A DNA stretch of 63,872 nt, the filler included, from Trichomonas gallinae (taxonomy: Eukaryota), in NCBI GenBank assembly GCA_008369845.1. It is 11 parts of 11 records of this genome, joined end to end, with 100 filler letters (N's around TTAATTAATTAA, not from the genome) between each part and the next. Parts side by side here need not be neighbours in the genome. Positions count along the whole stretch, not along the records: positions 1 to 26,178 come from MRSU01000957.1; 10 more parts are not named here. One strand, written 5' to 3'. The notes beneath the pieces were generated by a model. That model was given only the letters and a program-made list of their open reading frames with translations, did no database searches and was not told the DNA's origin. The translations under genes and the position numbers were made by a program. This document shows, piece after piece, positions 1-10,084 of this stretch. Numbering within the stretch: the stretch's first letter is position 1; every line of letters starts with the position of its first letter.

Positions 1-702
1 TGGCGCTATCATCGCCGGAGGCCCGATTTTTTAATTTGTACTGACAAATTGGAAATTTTGTTCCAATATGGAAACATTAAGCACTATAGTTTTATAGTGT
101 ATTTGCATAAATTATTTGACATTTGACTGTATTATTTATTTTTTGTTTAAAATATAGTTGAGTGTCAAGGTGTTTAAAAATAATAAATGCATTATATATC
201 TATACATTATTTATTTTTAAGTTAACAATTGCTTTTGGTGATATCACATTTTAATTTCGCAATATTACGACTTAATTATGAATCGATTCTATCTAAACCC
301 GACTCACTACATTCTTATTCACTAACACTGTATATTCCACATATAATCCATTAATCATAATGTTAATCAGATTCATTTCGAATAACTGGATTTTATCTAA
401 GCATCGTAAAATTATTCAATGCTGCGTGCATTCTAAAAGCAAAATATATATATTATAAGCGGCAAAACTGCTTCTTGAATAACAGGATTTTTTCGATAGC
501 CTCCAGAGATTTCACAAATACACAAATTACACAAATGGTATCAGTTATTTCGAATGTTTAATGCACCGACTCAATATAAAAAACAAAAGGAAATAAAATA
601 TTGCGAAATCGCAAGAAAACAGAGCAGAAATGGAAAAGAGTGCTAATATAGGTGTTAAAAGATGAGAAAATTTAAACAAACAATGAAAGCAATAAAAAGA
701 TT

Positions 703-1692
703 CTAAACCATGATGTTTTTCGGTGGAGTTAAACGTGAAATTCGCAGATCCTTCTTTATTCTCGCTCTTAGAAGGAAAGGTGTAGTGTTCCTCAAGCTGA
801 GAGTCGGTAAAATTGGATCTGTTTTTGAATTGAAGTGCATGCTCTTATTACTTTGCGTTATTTTTGTTGGTGATGTCTTGTGTATGTGATCCAACAACTC
901 CTGGCATGTCGGGCGCTCTTTAGGATCGAAAACTAAAGCATTGCGAATTAAGCTGCCAACTGGACCTTTTGGTTCGATTATGATATTAAGAGAGTCTGTT
1001 TGGATAGCTTTGATAAACTGAGCTTCGTTCATTTTAATCCAGGGGAAGTTTTTTGTCATCATAACATGCAATGTTATGCCGAATGCCCAGATATCTGACT
1101 TTCTGCCGTCATATACTTCATTAGATATCATCTCAGGGGCCATAAACATCGGTGTCCCACAAAACGTATGGAGAGAAGATGAGTTTTCTTTCGAGAGGCC
1201 AAAATCGATGATTTTTGGGTGCATTTCGCGATCGAATAAGATATTTTCGGGTTTTATGTCTCTGTGAGCAATATTCCTTTGATGCAAGTAATCCATTCCC
1301 TGTAAAATTTCTGTTGCGATTCTTAAAGTTTCGTCTGATGAGAATTGGTAACCTCTGGTAATCCAAGACATAAGGTCATTATTGGGGAGATATTCCATAA
1401 TAATCATAATAATGTCTTCCGCATAAATTACATCAAATATTTTGACTATATTCGGGTGATTAAACCTTGAGCTTAGTCTGAGCTCGTTCTCGAAGTACAT
1501 TAGAACATCTTTAGTAGCAATATCATTCCTGTTTACGATTTTAATTGCGACTTTATCATTTCGATATTCGTCTTCGCCCAGAACTACAATGGCAAAACCA
1601 CCTTTACCGAGCGTCTTAGTCACCTTATATCTTCCGACAAACTCAGGGACTCTGATATTGGGGTGTTTCCGCAAATCAGATGGAGATTGCAT
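703..1692 (-). CDS. CAMK-group Ser/Thr protein kinase
   Basis: 329 aa; GKGGFA glycine loop, VAIK, HRDIKPEN, DFG, CGTP..MAPE, DIWAFG all intact. Confidence 0.95.
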   Translation of the reverse strand: MQSPSDLRKHPNIRVPEFVGRYKVTKTLGKGGFAIVVLGEDEYRNDKVAIKIVNRNDIATKDVLMYFENELRLSSRFNHPNIVKIFDVIYAEDIIMIIMEYLPNNDLMSWITRGYQFSSDETLRIATEILQGMDYLHQRNIAHRDIKPENILFDREMHPKIIDFGLSKENSSSLHTFCGTPMFMAPEMISNEVYDGRKSDIWAFGITLHVMMTKNFPWIKMNEAQFIKAIQTDSLNIIIEPKGPVGSLIRNALVFDPKERPTCQELLDHIHKTSPTKITQSNKSMHFNSKTDPILPTLSLRNTTPFLLRARIKKDLRISRLTPPKNIMV

Positions 1693-1909
1693 TAAAAAAA
1701 TTGAAAAAATTAAAAACCAAAATTTCGATATTATACACTCTAGATATACATATTATTAAACGTTGGAAGAACATTCACAAAATATTGTGAAAGCTATTCA
1801 AAAATATTTAGTTTACAAACTATAAATAATTGAATTTTTTCAATATGAAAAAATAAATAATAATAATTTTTTGTTGATATTTCGAATACTACACATAGGA
1901 ATGATTTCG

Positions 1910-2110
1910 GTACATAAAATGGAATTCTGTGATCTCATTTTTTTGTAAATTAAAAATATATTAAAATGCATCTTTATATAATACTACAACTTTTATAAAA
2001 TAAATTCTGTTGTCTCATTTTGTTATGAAATTAATAGCTTTTAAAAATGTATCTTTGGATGGTACTAAATCTTTCATCAAATTAATTTCTATTGTCTCAT
2101 TTTTTTGTAA
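1910..2110. repeat. Degenerate ~81-bp tandem repeat (~2.4 copies)
   Basis: TTCTRTKRTCTCATTTT anchors at 1925, 2005 and 2087; the first two are followed by AAAATGYATCTTT. Confidence 0.65.
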
Positions 2111-4073
2111 GCCATCGAAAAATGAGTTGATAAACGGCATTTATCGGATCAATATATGATTATATTCCATAAAATAAAACACCAGTAGAAAAATTTGTAA
2201 AAGTGACAGCAATTTCGATTAATCATCTAAAAATTCGAACACAAGCAGTATATAATGAGACAAAGCTTTCTAATTACGAAGCTTTAATCGTTCAATAAAT
2301 ACGGTTTATTGTAATTTTTTCCATGAGACTTCTGACATTTCAACATTTATCTTCTTTTTAGTCTTGTATTTCATATTCTGTGAAATCTGTTAAATTTATT
2401 ATTCGTAAAATGGCAAAATTTCTTTTACAAGACAAATTACGCCCATATGAATGATTAATAGCTGCAATTGAAGGATAGACTATATTGTATACATACATCA
2501 TGAAGCACATGAAAATAATTCATTTATGAAAGATTTCAACAAAATCTGATTTACTGTTCAGTCCATACATATGATTGGATTGTTTTCTTATTGATTTTAC
2601 AGCCACTATATGCTAAAGTATACAAATCAACGACAGATGATGCCAATAGTAGAGTAGAAAGAGTGTTTTCACTCTTATACGATGATTCGTAATGTTTGAT
2701 ATGGAAGAAGTATCGTTGAATAAAATAATATAGGCTTCTTTATATATAAATGTTTCTATGACATAATATATCGAAATAGATAGTGAAATTGGATGAAAAC
2801 AAGAAATTAAGATCATCATTGCTGAAAATTTAAAGAATATAACATGTTTGTTAATAAAATGACATATGTATTCTCATAAATATATCAAATATAATGATGT
2901 AAATGCAATTTAGTATGCATTGGTGAATGATTCAAGATGAGAAATTATTTTAATAACAATCATGCCATTTAGAGCGCTGTAATGCCATATATTAACATTG
3001 ATACAGATGGAAACACAAACTAAAACTAAGTAAATTAAATTTTTGTAATATGTTTTATTCGGAAATACTGAAACTATTGATAAAAATTCAAAATTTTCTG
3101 AATTTATATGCAGTATGTATTATACTCACTATTGGTTGATTTTACTTCGATAGTTTATAAGTAAACATGTAATTAAACAAAATAGGATCATGAATTATTA
3201 AAATATTTTGGAAAAATTTACATTTTAATAAATAGACTCTACATAATTATATAATACTAAAATACCAAAATCTCATCCTCACAATCCACCACAATGTTTT
3301 GAGATAAACCGATTTTCAGAATGAATTTCAAAAATGTTGAAAATATGATTAATCTTTAGATAATAAGTCCACCCACAAATGAACCAAAACTTCAAACAAT
3401 TTTGAACATTGTTTACTTATTTGGCCCATACATATCTATATATATTAGATATAATTATCATAAAATTGATTTGTCATAATAAAAAACCGTAATTTATTTC
3501 GAATAAGCATTTAACTTTGAGCATTGAAATACGCGATGGAGAACAAATAACCGATTTTCAAATTCAAATATTGAGAAATTTTCAGGTCTTATGTTTTCAA
3601 TGTCTCTGAAACTTCTTTTCATGTAGCAATTCATTATTATATCAACTAATACCTAATCTCAAATGAATCAGAAAAACCGCTATAATCAAAATCATCATAA
3701 TTAATTGGACAATAATAGCACAATAATAATATACAAAAACCGAATTTTTCATCTCAAAACTCAATTTACTTAGATATTTGTTGTAATATTATAATATAAC
3801 ATATTATCTTTCAAAATCAATTTTTCAAATAACATTTCCAAATCAAGAAAATTATATTAGATATATGTTATTTATCATATTCCTACCAAACCGAAGATTT
3901 ATTCACAAAATTTTATTTAATAATTGGGTTTACAATATAATATCTGATGTAAATATGCTAAAATAATTTTTAACTATCAAAAATTGAGACTTTTTAGGTC
4001 CGATGTTTTCAATTTCTCAGAAACAAAGACCACTCTAAAAAATTAATTTTCTAAAGCGCGCTGTGTTTTTAGA

Positions 4074-4679
4074 ATGTATATGACTAACTACGCACAGCTT
4101 CAGAAAGCCCACATGGAATTCTCTCAGTTCGATGACCAGCAGTTTGCAACTGATCCATTAGTCTTGCAGCTCGCGTTTCCGGATCAATGCGAATTTTTGA
4201 GGCTCTACGCCTTCTTCAAGTTCGCGTCCGACAGGAATAAGAGAAATATGGCTCTTTCGACATTTCAAAAACACCTCCAATTGATTAAGAACTATGTTGC
4301 ACGTAATGATTACACTGACTTTGATCGCGGTTTAGCTTGTGGCATTCAATTCGGCCCCAACTACATGCTTGTTAATACCAAGCGCCTGAAATTATTTATG
4401 GGACGCTCGAAATCTTGCTTAAATGGCTGCTTCCATAAATGCGGCTTCCATGTTTCAAGAATTTCTTCAGAAGATAACCAGATTATCTCAGAGTTTTCCC
4501 GCAGATACGGGCGCCCATTACCACAACCACGCCAATGGTGCATCCGCTCGAATGATCCATCTATCGCAACAACCAATTCTGAATCAGTTTCTGAGTCCGA
4601 AATCGAAATAGCTACTGATCCTCTCGAGCACTTCCTTAACGTCTCGTCCTTACTTAATCGCAAGCCTGAGTCAATATAA
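4074..4679 (+). CDS. Initiator-binding-domain (IBD, IBP39-like) transcription factor
   Basis: LACGIQF..LVNTKRLKLFMGRSKSCLNGCF..RQWCIR matches the trichomonad IBD winged-helix family; C-terminal LNVSSLLNR tail. Confidence 0.85.
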   Translation: MYMTNYAQLQKAHMEFSQFDDQQFATDPLVLQLAFPDQCEFLRLYAFFKFASDRNKRNMALSTFQKHLQLIKNYVARNDYTDFDRGLACGIQFGPNYMLVNTKRLKLFMGRSKSCLNGCFHKCGFHVSRISSEDNQIISEFSRRYGRPLPQPRQWCIRSNDPSIATTNSESVSESEIEIATDPLEHFLNVSSLLNRKPESI

Positions 4680-4899
4680 GGTTTTCTTCGAAATTCTTAT
4701 ATGAATTGGGTTTATATTATTTAGTTTTTAAACTTTCTGTATTATGGAAATCCCAGAATTTTGAAATTTTATTTTATCTCGAAATTCAAAAATTGGAGTT
4801 TTTGCTTTCGACATTTCTAGATTTTGCTCTGCTTTTAGTAGGCTTTAATTTTTATAGTCGTTTATTGAGTTATAATTTTTTGTGGTTGATATTTGAAAT

Positions 4900-6123
4900 A
4901 TGGTACAGAAAAAGTCTGCGGCAAAAGGGCCTCAAACTGCTAAGAATAAAACAAATAGTAGCATCAAAAAAGAATCCAAGCCAAAAACAGCGAAAAGCTT
5001 CTGGGCTTTAGATTTTGATGATTTTGTTTGCTTTTTCTTCATGATTTTATCAATATTATTTGTCTGGTATTCAGTGGAAGTTCATGGTAGTATAAATAAC
5101 GTTCTTCATCATTGGGATGGGCCAAATTATTTATATGCTGGCTTAACTTTATATGATATACCACAAGATAATCCATGGACAGTAAATTTCAAGTACCCAT
5201 CATCATATTTTGGATGTCATTTACCAGGTTATCCTCTTCTTATTCGTTTATGCTCAATTTTTTGCCTCGGACATTATGTAATGGGTTATTATTTGTCAAT
5301 TATTGTTGGTTCCTGCTTATTCACATATAGTTTCAGACGCTTATTACTTGCCTACAGCTGTGTTCAGAGTCCATTTTTATCTACAATGATTTCATGCTGG
5401 TTTCCGATTCGTTTTGTCATATATCATAGTGTAGGAGCTTCAGAACCACTCTATATTTCGGCTATTTGCCTTTCGTTAATTTTTTATAAATTTGAAAGAT
5501 TCTTCCCAATGCTTTTATCCGTATGGTTAGGATGTATCACAAGAATAGAAGGCATGTCAATAGGTTTTACAATCGGTCTATGTTATTTACTAAGATTGAA
5601 GATATTCAAAGCTGCAGCAATGTTTTTAACATTTGTTCCCACTGCTTTGCTAGTATTACTCCATTATTATCGCTTCAATGATGCTCTCGCTTATATTCAT
5701 TTTAATAGCGGACAACAACATATTATTCAATGGCCTCCTTTGAACGATGCATATCAAGTATATAGTGGATGGTTCTATAATTATGGTAGTTTAGCTACAT
5801 TCTTTATTTATCTTTTTGGAACATTTTTATTATACGAAAAGTCGGTTCCAATTGCAATTTTCTGCACAGTGCACATGTGCTATGTATCTCTTTTATTCCA
5901 CATTGATGTTTTCAGATATCAATTACCAGCATCAGTTTTTATTACAATTATCGCCTTCGATAAAATAATTACGAAACGATCTGTCCTCTGGCCATGCTTT
6001 ATTGCGTTGTTATTCCCATTATTTAGTTATGTTGGCGGCCAGATCAACTCAAATACAGCCTGGCCACAGTTTATGGATGAAATATACGAATCTATAGAGA
6101 AAGTTAAGAATGGAGGAAAATAA
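4900..6123 (+). CDS. Polytopic GT-C-fold glycosyltransferase (PIG-V/GPI mannosyltransferase II-like)
   Basis: About 10 hydrophobic segments; WDG..Y after first TM, HLPGYPLLIR, SEPLY and TRIEG motifs typical of PIG-V-like GT-C enzymes. Confidence 0.7.
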   Translation: MVQKKSAAKGPQTAKNKTNSSIKKESKPKTAKSFWALDFDDFVCFFFMILSILFVWYSVEVHGSINNVLHHWDGPNYLYAGLTLYDIPQDNPWTVNFKYPSSYFGCHLPGYPLLIRLCSIFCLGHYVMGYYLSIIVGSCLFTYSFRRLLLAYSCVQSPFLSTMISCWFPIRFVIYHSVGASEPLYISAICLSLIFYKFERFFPMLLSVWLGCITRIEGMSIGFTIGLCYLLRLKIFKAAAMFLTFVPTALLVLLHYYRFNDALAYIHFNSGQQHIIQWPPLNDAYQVYSGWFYNYGSLATFFIYLFGTFLLYEKSVPIAIFCTVHMCYVSLLFHIDVFRYQLPASVFITIIAFDKIITKRSVLWPCFIALLFPLFSYVGGQINSNTAWPQFMDEIYESIEKVKNGGK

Positions 6124-6370
6124 AATTTTTTTATTTTCCATTTACAATAAAAATGTTAATTTATATAATGATAACGCCAAAATAGCTAAAGATAGAACAT
6201 TTGAAATATTTATTTTGTTATAATTTCTATTTTATTAGTAATATTAAAATATTTATGTATTTTTAAGGTCTTTATCCCAAATTGACATTAGTATTTTATG
6301 TACTTTAGAGTAAAGATAATTTTGGCATGTGATATATACAAACAATTTATTTTTCTCTATAATATAAAAA

Positions 6371-7309
6371 TTAAATTTCTATATCGGTAACCCAGTTGAT
6401 TAAGTCATCGTATGTTCGTTGTTTCATGACTTGTGGACCATATTCAGGATGTTGTCTCAATACATCAGTCATGAATGCATATATATGTTTCCTCGTTCTT
6501 TGCAAATCTTCATCATTTTCTTTAGCTAGCGCGAGATAGTCAAGAGAAACTTCTCTTGGTCCTTTGTTTGTTGTAAGAAATGTTGGATTCTTGAAAAATT
6601 CTTGACCAATCATTGTTGCGAAAGCACCTGTCTTCTCCATAACCATTTTTGCCTGCTCAACACTTGTAATTCCGCCATTGGCTATGACTGGAATTTTAAC
6701 TGCCTCAACAACAGCTTTAATTGCTTCGTAATCTACATCTCCTTTCTTGTCTGCTTGCTGTGTTCTTGCATGAACGGTAATTAAGCTCACACCAACTCTT
6801 TCAAGATCTTTTGCAAATTTAACTGTCCTTTCCAAACTTGGAACTGAGTAATCATCAGAAATCAATCTGATTTTGATACTTACGGGTGTGCTTATCCTCT
6901 TTACAAGGTTCTCTATCAAAATTAGAGTTGAATCTCGATGTTTTTGTGTATCAATGAGGAAGAATCCGCAGTTATATCTGCTGGCGAAGCAATGTGTACA
7001 ACCACAGTTTAGTTCAATCATGTCGGCAAAGCTTTCAACGTCTTTTGCACATGAAACGAGTTCTTCCAAATCAGAACCAAGCAATTGTACAACTAAATTT
7101 CGCTCATTGTCCTTCGAAGTAAACCATAAATCGCGATCTTTTTGCTTTGTTTTCGAGACCCATTGATGAGCATTGATAAAACCAGACCAACATAGCGAAG
7201 CACCGTTCTGGCGACATAGCTTACGAAATGAATAATCGCATACATCAGCCATAGGTGCCAAAAATATGATACTTTCTTCCTTGCTTCGCTCGAGAAACTC
7301 AAGACTCAT
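6371..7309 (-). CDS. DUS: tRNA-dihydrouridine synthase (Dus family)
   Basis: LAPM, VQLLG, ELNCGC (catalytic Cys), KIR, VHAR, IANGGI, MIG motifs; start moved to ATG at 7309, directly after AAAAGTGAC. Confidence 0.9.
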   Translation of the reverse strand: MSLEFLERSKEESIIFLAPMADVCDYSFRKLCRQNGASLCWSGFINAHQWVSKTKQKDRDLWFTSKDNERNLVVQLLGSDLEELVSCAKDVESFADMIELNCGCTHCFASRYNCGFFLIDTQKHRDSTLILIENLVKRISTPVSIKIRLISDDYSVPSLERTVKFAKDLERVGVSLITVHARTQQADKKGDVDYEAIKAVVEAVKIPVIANGGITSVEQAKMVMEKTGAFATMIGQEFFKNPTFLTTNKGPREVSLDYLALAKENDEDLQRTRKHIYAFMTDVLRQHPEYGPQVMKQRTYDDLINWVTDIEI

Positions 7310-7310
7310 T

Positions 7311-7496
7311 GTCACTTTTTTAAATCTCTGACTTTCTCAGGGTCTTGGTATACCAACCCCTACTTTAGTTTTGGTAAATTATTTTTGTCACTTTTCATAT
7401 TTTTTCGAGGGTCTTAATGCTAACCAACCCCTGTTTTAGCTTCTATTCGGGAATTCATGATTTCCGAGGGTATTGAGTTTGATAGTCCCTGTTTTA
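7311..7496 (-). promoter_or_regulatory. Dus upstream region with three AGGG-N-CCCT dyads and two AAAAGTGAC motifs
   Basis: Dyads at 7339-7361, 7408-7432 and 7467-7490; GTCACTTTT on + strand at 7311 and 7387. Confidence 0.55.
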
Positions 7497-8696
7497 TGCT
7501 GGACAAAGTTCATTTATCCATTTCATAATAGTTTTTGCATCTATTTTATTGGAATATTTGAATGGTCTGAAATCATATGGTTTCCAGAGTGCTATACTTG
7601 GAAATCCATCGAAGCTTGGTACGTACCATGGAAATAGATTTGCATTTTGTAATGATGTAAAGAATTTAACGTTGTCACGTTTGAGTTTCCTTGCCACTTC
7701 GTAGAAAACCAATTCTACTTGTGGATTGCTCCAAGAATAATAGTTATGTGCGAATAACACTGAGCAATCTTCACTAGGAATGTCTCTTGTGATGTTATAT
7801 GTCTTCTTCACATGTGATCCTGGTACATTATCTGTTTCGGATTTCAAAAATGAGAATTCATGTTGAATTCCTGAATTGATGAAAAATAAAATTGAATCTT
7901 TTGATATAACATCTTCATCAGGATACATCCAAACTCGTTCTGTTGTATTTGTAACATGAAGCAGGAAATATGATGTTTCTGCTTTAGAAACTTGAGCTAA
8001 TTCTCTATAAGGTTCAAAGTCGTCCCAACTGACAATATCTGTTTCAACTGACTTAAATTTTTCTGTAATTTGGCTAATGTATTCATTAAAATCTTCTTTG
8101 TATTCATCTGAAACAATTATAAATTTATATCCATTTGAATATTTGATTTGCGATGTATAAAACGATGTGAACTTAGTAATTGTCGTCGATTCATTCATAG
8201 AAAATAGCTTGTTTTTAGGAGAATAATAATATTGCAAAAGATTATCTGTTGAATTAATGAAATAGAAGTCGATTTTGGTTCTAGAGTTCGAAAAAGCACA
8301 GTTTTCGTATTCTAATGGTATATTATCTGAGTAAAGTACGAAATAACTTTGATTTTTGATGTTTTTCAAATGCTCGCGATTTGTCTCTATGACAAATGAA
8401 TATTTAAGTAGTATTAGGTAATACAAATATTCTGTTTTGGTTGGATCGTATTTTTCTAAATATATTGATGAATCACCACGTTTGATAGATATATATATAT
8501 CAGGTTCAAATTTATCTTCGTATCCTTTAATTGCATCTTCGAAATCAATGATTTTAATTGAAAATTGATTCGGATCCAAGTCAAAGAATTCTTTTGGAAC
8601 TTGAAAATCCATATTTTTCGGTACTATGAACTGCACGACAATGTCATGCAGTAAAAGTTTAGCACTTATCGCAAGAAAAGGAAAGAAAATTAACAT
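7494..8696 (-). CDS. Secretory thioredoxin-fold/PDI-like protein lacking CXXC
   Basis: Signal peptide MLIFFPFLAIS; C-terminal Trx-like segment (VPSFDGFPSIALW..KYS..IMKWI); YSWSNPQ where WCxxC would sit. Confidence 0.6.
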   Translation of the reverse strand: MLIFFPFLAISAKLLLHDIVVQFIVPKNMDFQVPKEFFDLDPNQFSIKIIDFEDAIKGYEDKFEPDIYISIKRGDSSIYLEKYDPTKTEYLYYLILLKYSFVIETNREHLKNIKNQSYFVLYSDNIPLEYENCAFSNSRTKIDFYFINSTDNLLQYYYSPKNKLFSMNESTTITKFTSFYTSQIKYSNGYKFIIVSDEYKEDFNEYISQITEKFKSVETDIVSWDDFEPYRELAQVSKAETSYFLLHVTNTTERVWMYPDEDVISKDSILFFINSGIQHEFSFLKSETDNVPGSHVKKTYNITRDIPSEDCSVLFAHNYYSWSNPQVELVFYEVARKLKRDNVKFFTSLQNANLFPWYVPSFDGFPSIALWKPYDFRPFKYSNKIDAKTIMKWINELCPA

Positions 8697-8798
8697 TAAA
8701 AATTTTTATGGTCGAAAATAAAAGTGACAACACTAAAGTGTTAGATATAAAAATGACAAAATAAAAAGTGACATCATAAGTCAGCAAATTTGATTATC
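8697..8798. promoter_or_regulatory. 102-bp bidirectional promoter with AAAAGTGAC/TCACTTT motifs
   Basis: Divergent ATGs at 8696 and 8799; AAAAGTGAC near 8720 and 8764 reads as Inr-like TCACTTT on the minus strand. Confidence 0.6.
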
Positions 8799-9461
8799 AT
8801 GAGTAGACTTAGTCATGTAGTTTCTAACAATGAAAGAAATGAAAAAGAACCGACAAGTACATGCGAGTTATATGAGAAAACAGGATCATGTCCTAATGAT
8901 TATATTCCAAAATGTTGTCCATATAAACATCCAATGAAATTGATGTCACGATGTCTTGTTTTTCATCATTTATATCCGAATCCAGAATATTTCGCGTCAT
9001 TTTTACCAAAATCCGATCAATCATTAATTAAAAATCGCTACAACTTAAATTTTGTAGATGCATTCTTTTTAGATGTGTATGCAGAGTTCAAATTATTCGG
9101 AAATGTCCAAGATATCATTATCGCATCAAATATTACACAACATCTCTACGGAAATGTTTACGTTCGCTTCAATGAACCTGATGAAGCTCTTGCATGTCAT
9201 AAGGCTTTAGAAGGACGCTTCTATGCAGGAAGAAAGGTTACTTCTTCATTATTATTTGTAGAAAAACTATCTTCTCTTATTTGTGAGAAAGAATCAAATC
9301 GAAAATGTGATAATGGAACCACTTGCCCATGTATTCATCCATTTATCATTTCGAAAAATGTTTATTGGCAAGCCTTTCCCCGCCAGCTGTTTACAACGCC
9401 TACTGCATTACTTCAAAATACTCCTGGCGAATACATCACCGATCCAAATTCTATTATTTAG
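8799..9461 (+). CDS. U2AF1: U2AF small subunit (U2AF35/ZRSR-like) CCCH-UHM-CCCH splicing factor
   Basis: Two CCCH fingers flank HLYGNVYVRF..A...L.GRFYAGR; no RS tail; start moved from TTG to ATG 8799. Confidence 0.8.
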   Translation: MSRLSHVVSNNERNEKEPTSTCELYEKTGSCPNDYIPKCCPYKHPMKLMSRCLVFHHLYPNPEYFASFLPKSDQSLIKNRYNLNFVDAFFLDVYAEFKLFGNVQDIIIASNITQHLYGNVYVRFNEPDEALACHKALEGRFYAGRKVTSSLLFVEKLSSLICEKESNRKCDNGTTCPCIHPFIISKNVYWQAFPRQLFTTPTALLQNTPGEYITDPNSII

Positions 9462-10084
9462 AATTGAATTTTATCTTTATCAACACTATATACAAATAGA
9501 TATCAAAACACTATACATGGTATGTATTTTTTACAATACACTATAATACACTTAATGAAATCATATTGACTTAATTTTGAAATTCAATTCGGTACTCATT
9601 GCTGCTATAACACGTATTTACTTAGACTTGTCATACAACATCAAAATATTTATTGTTTTTATAAAAATATATTTCAACAAATTTGATTTACATCGTTCAA
9701 ACCTACAAGACTAAGCTCAGCATAAAATACTATTAGATTGACTTAATATAACAGTTATTATTTGTATTTTAGGGTGTGGCTTTTTGTAATAAGATTACAT
9801 TCACAATTTTAAAATAAATGAAAAGTGACATCAATTACATGTCAGATTCTTGCATATTACAACGAAATGTCAATTTTTATAGAAATTTGCATCTCGCTGT
9901 TTAACATTCGCCACCCCAACCCACAATTCGACTTTCTAAATGCGATAAACAAGATAACAATGATACACTGGTTGTATATAATATCATAAATAGAGTTAGA
10001 ACCATGAAATTTTTAACCTTAAAGGAAGATAATTATTGTCAAAAAATTTGAGAAATTTATGTCACTTTTTAAATTTCAATTTCA

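Noticed and set aside
2400..3050. Possible highly decayed coding (ankyrin-like) remnant
   Set aside because: Stops in all frames; resemblance too weak to support without a search
7339..7490. Three spaced dyad repeats as a mini-CRISPR array
   Set aside because: Eukaryotic context, no cas genes, the repeats differ internally, and the spacers contain shared promoter motifs
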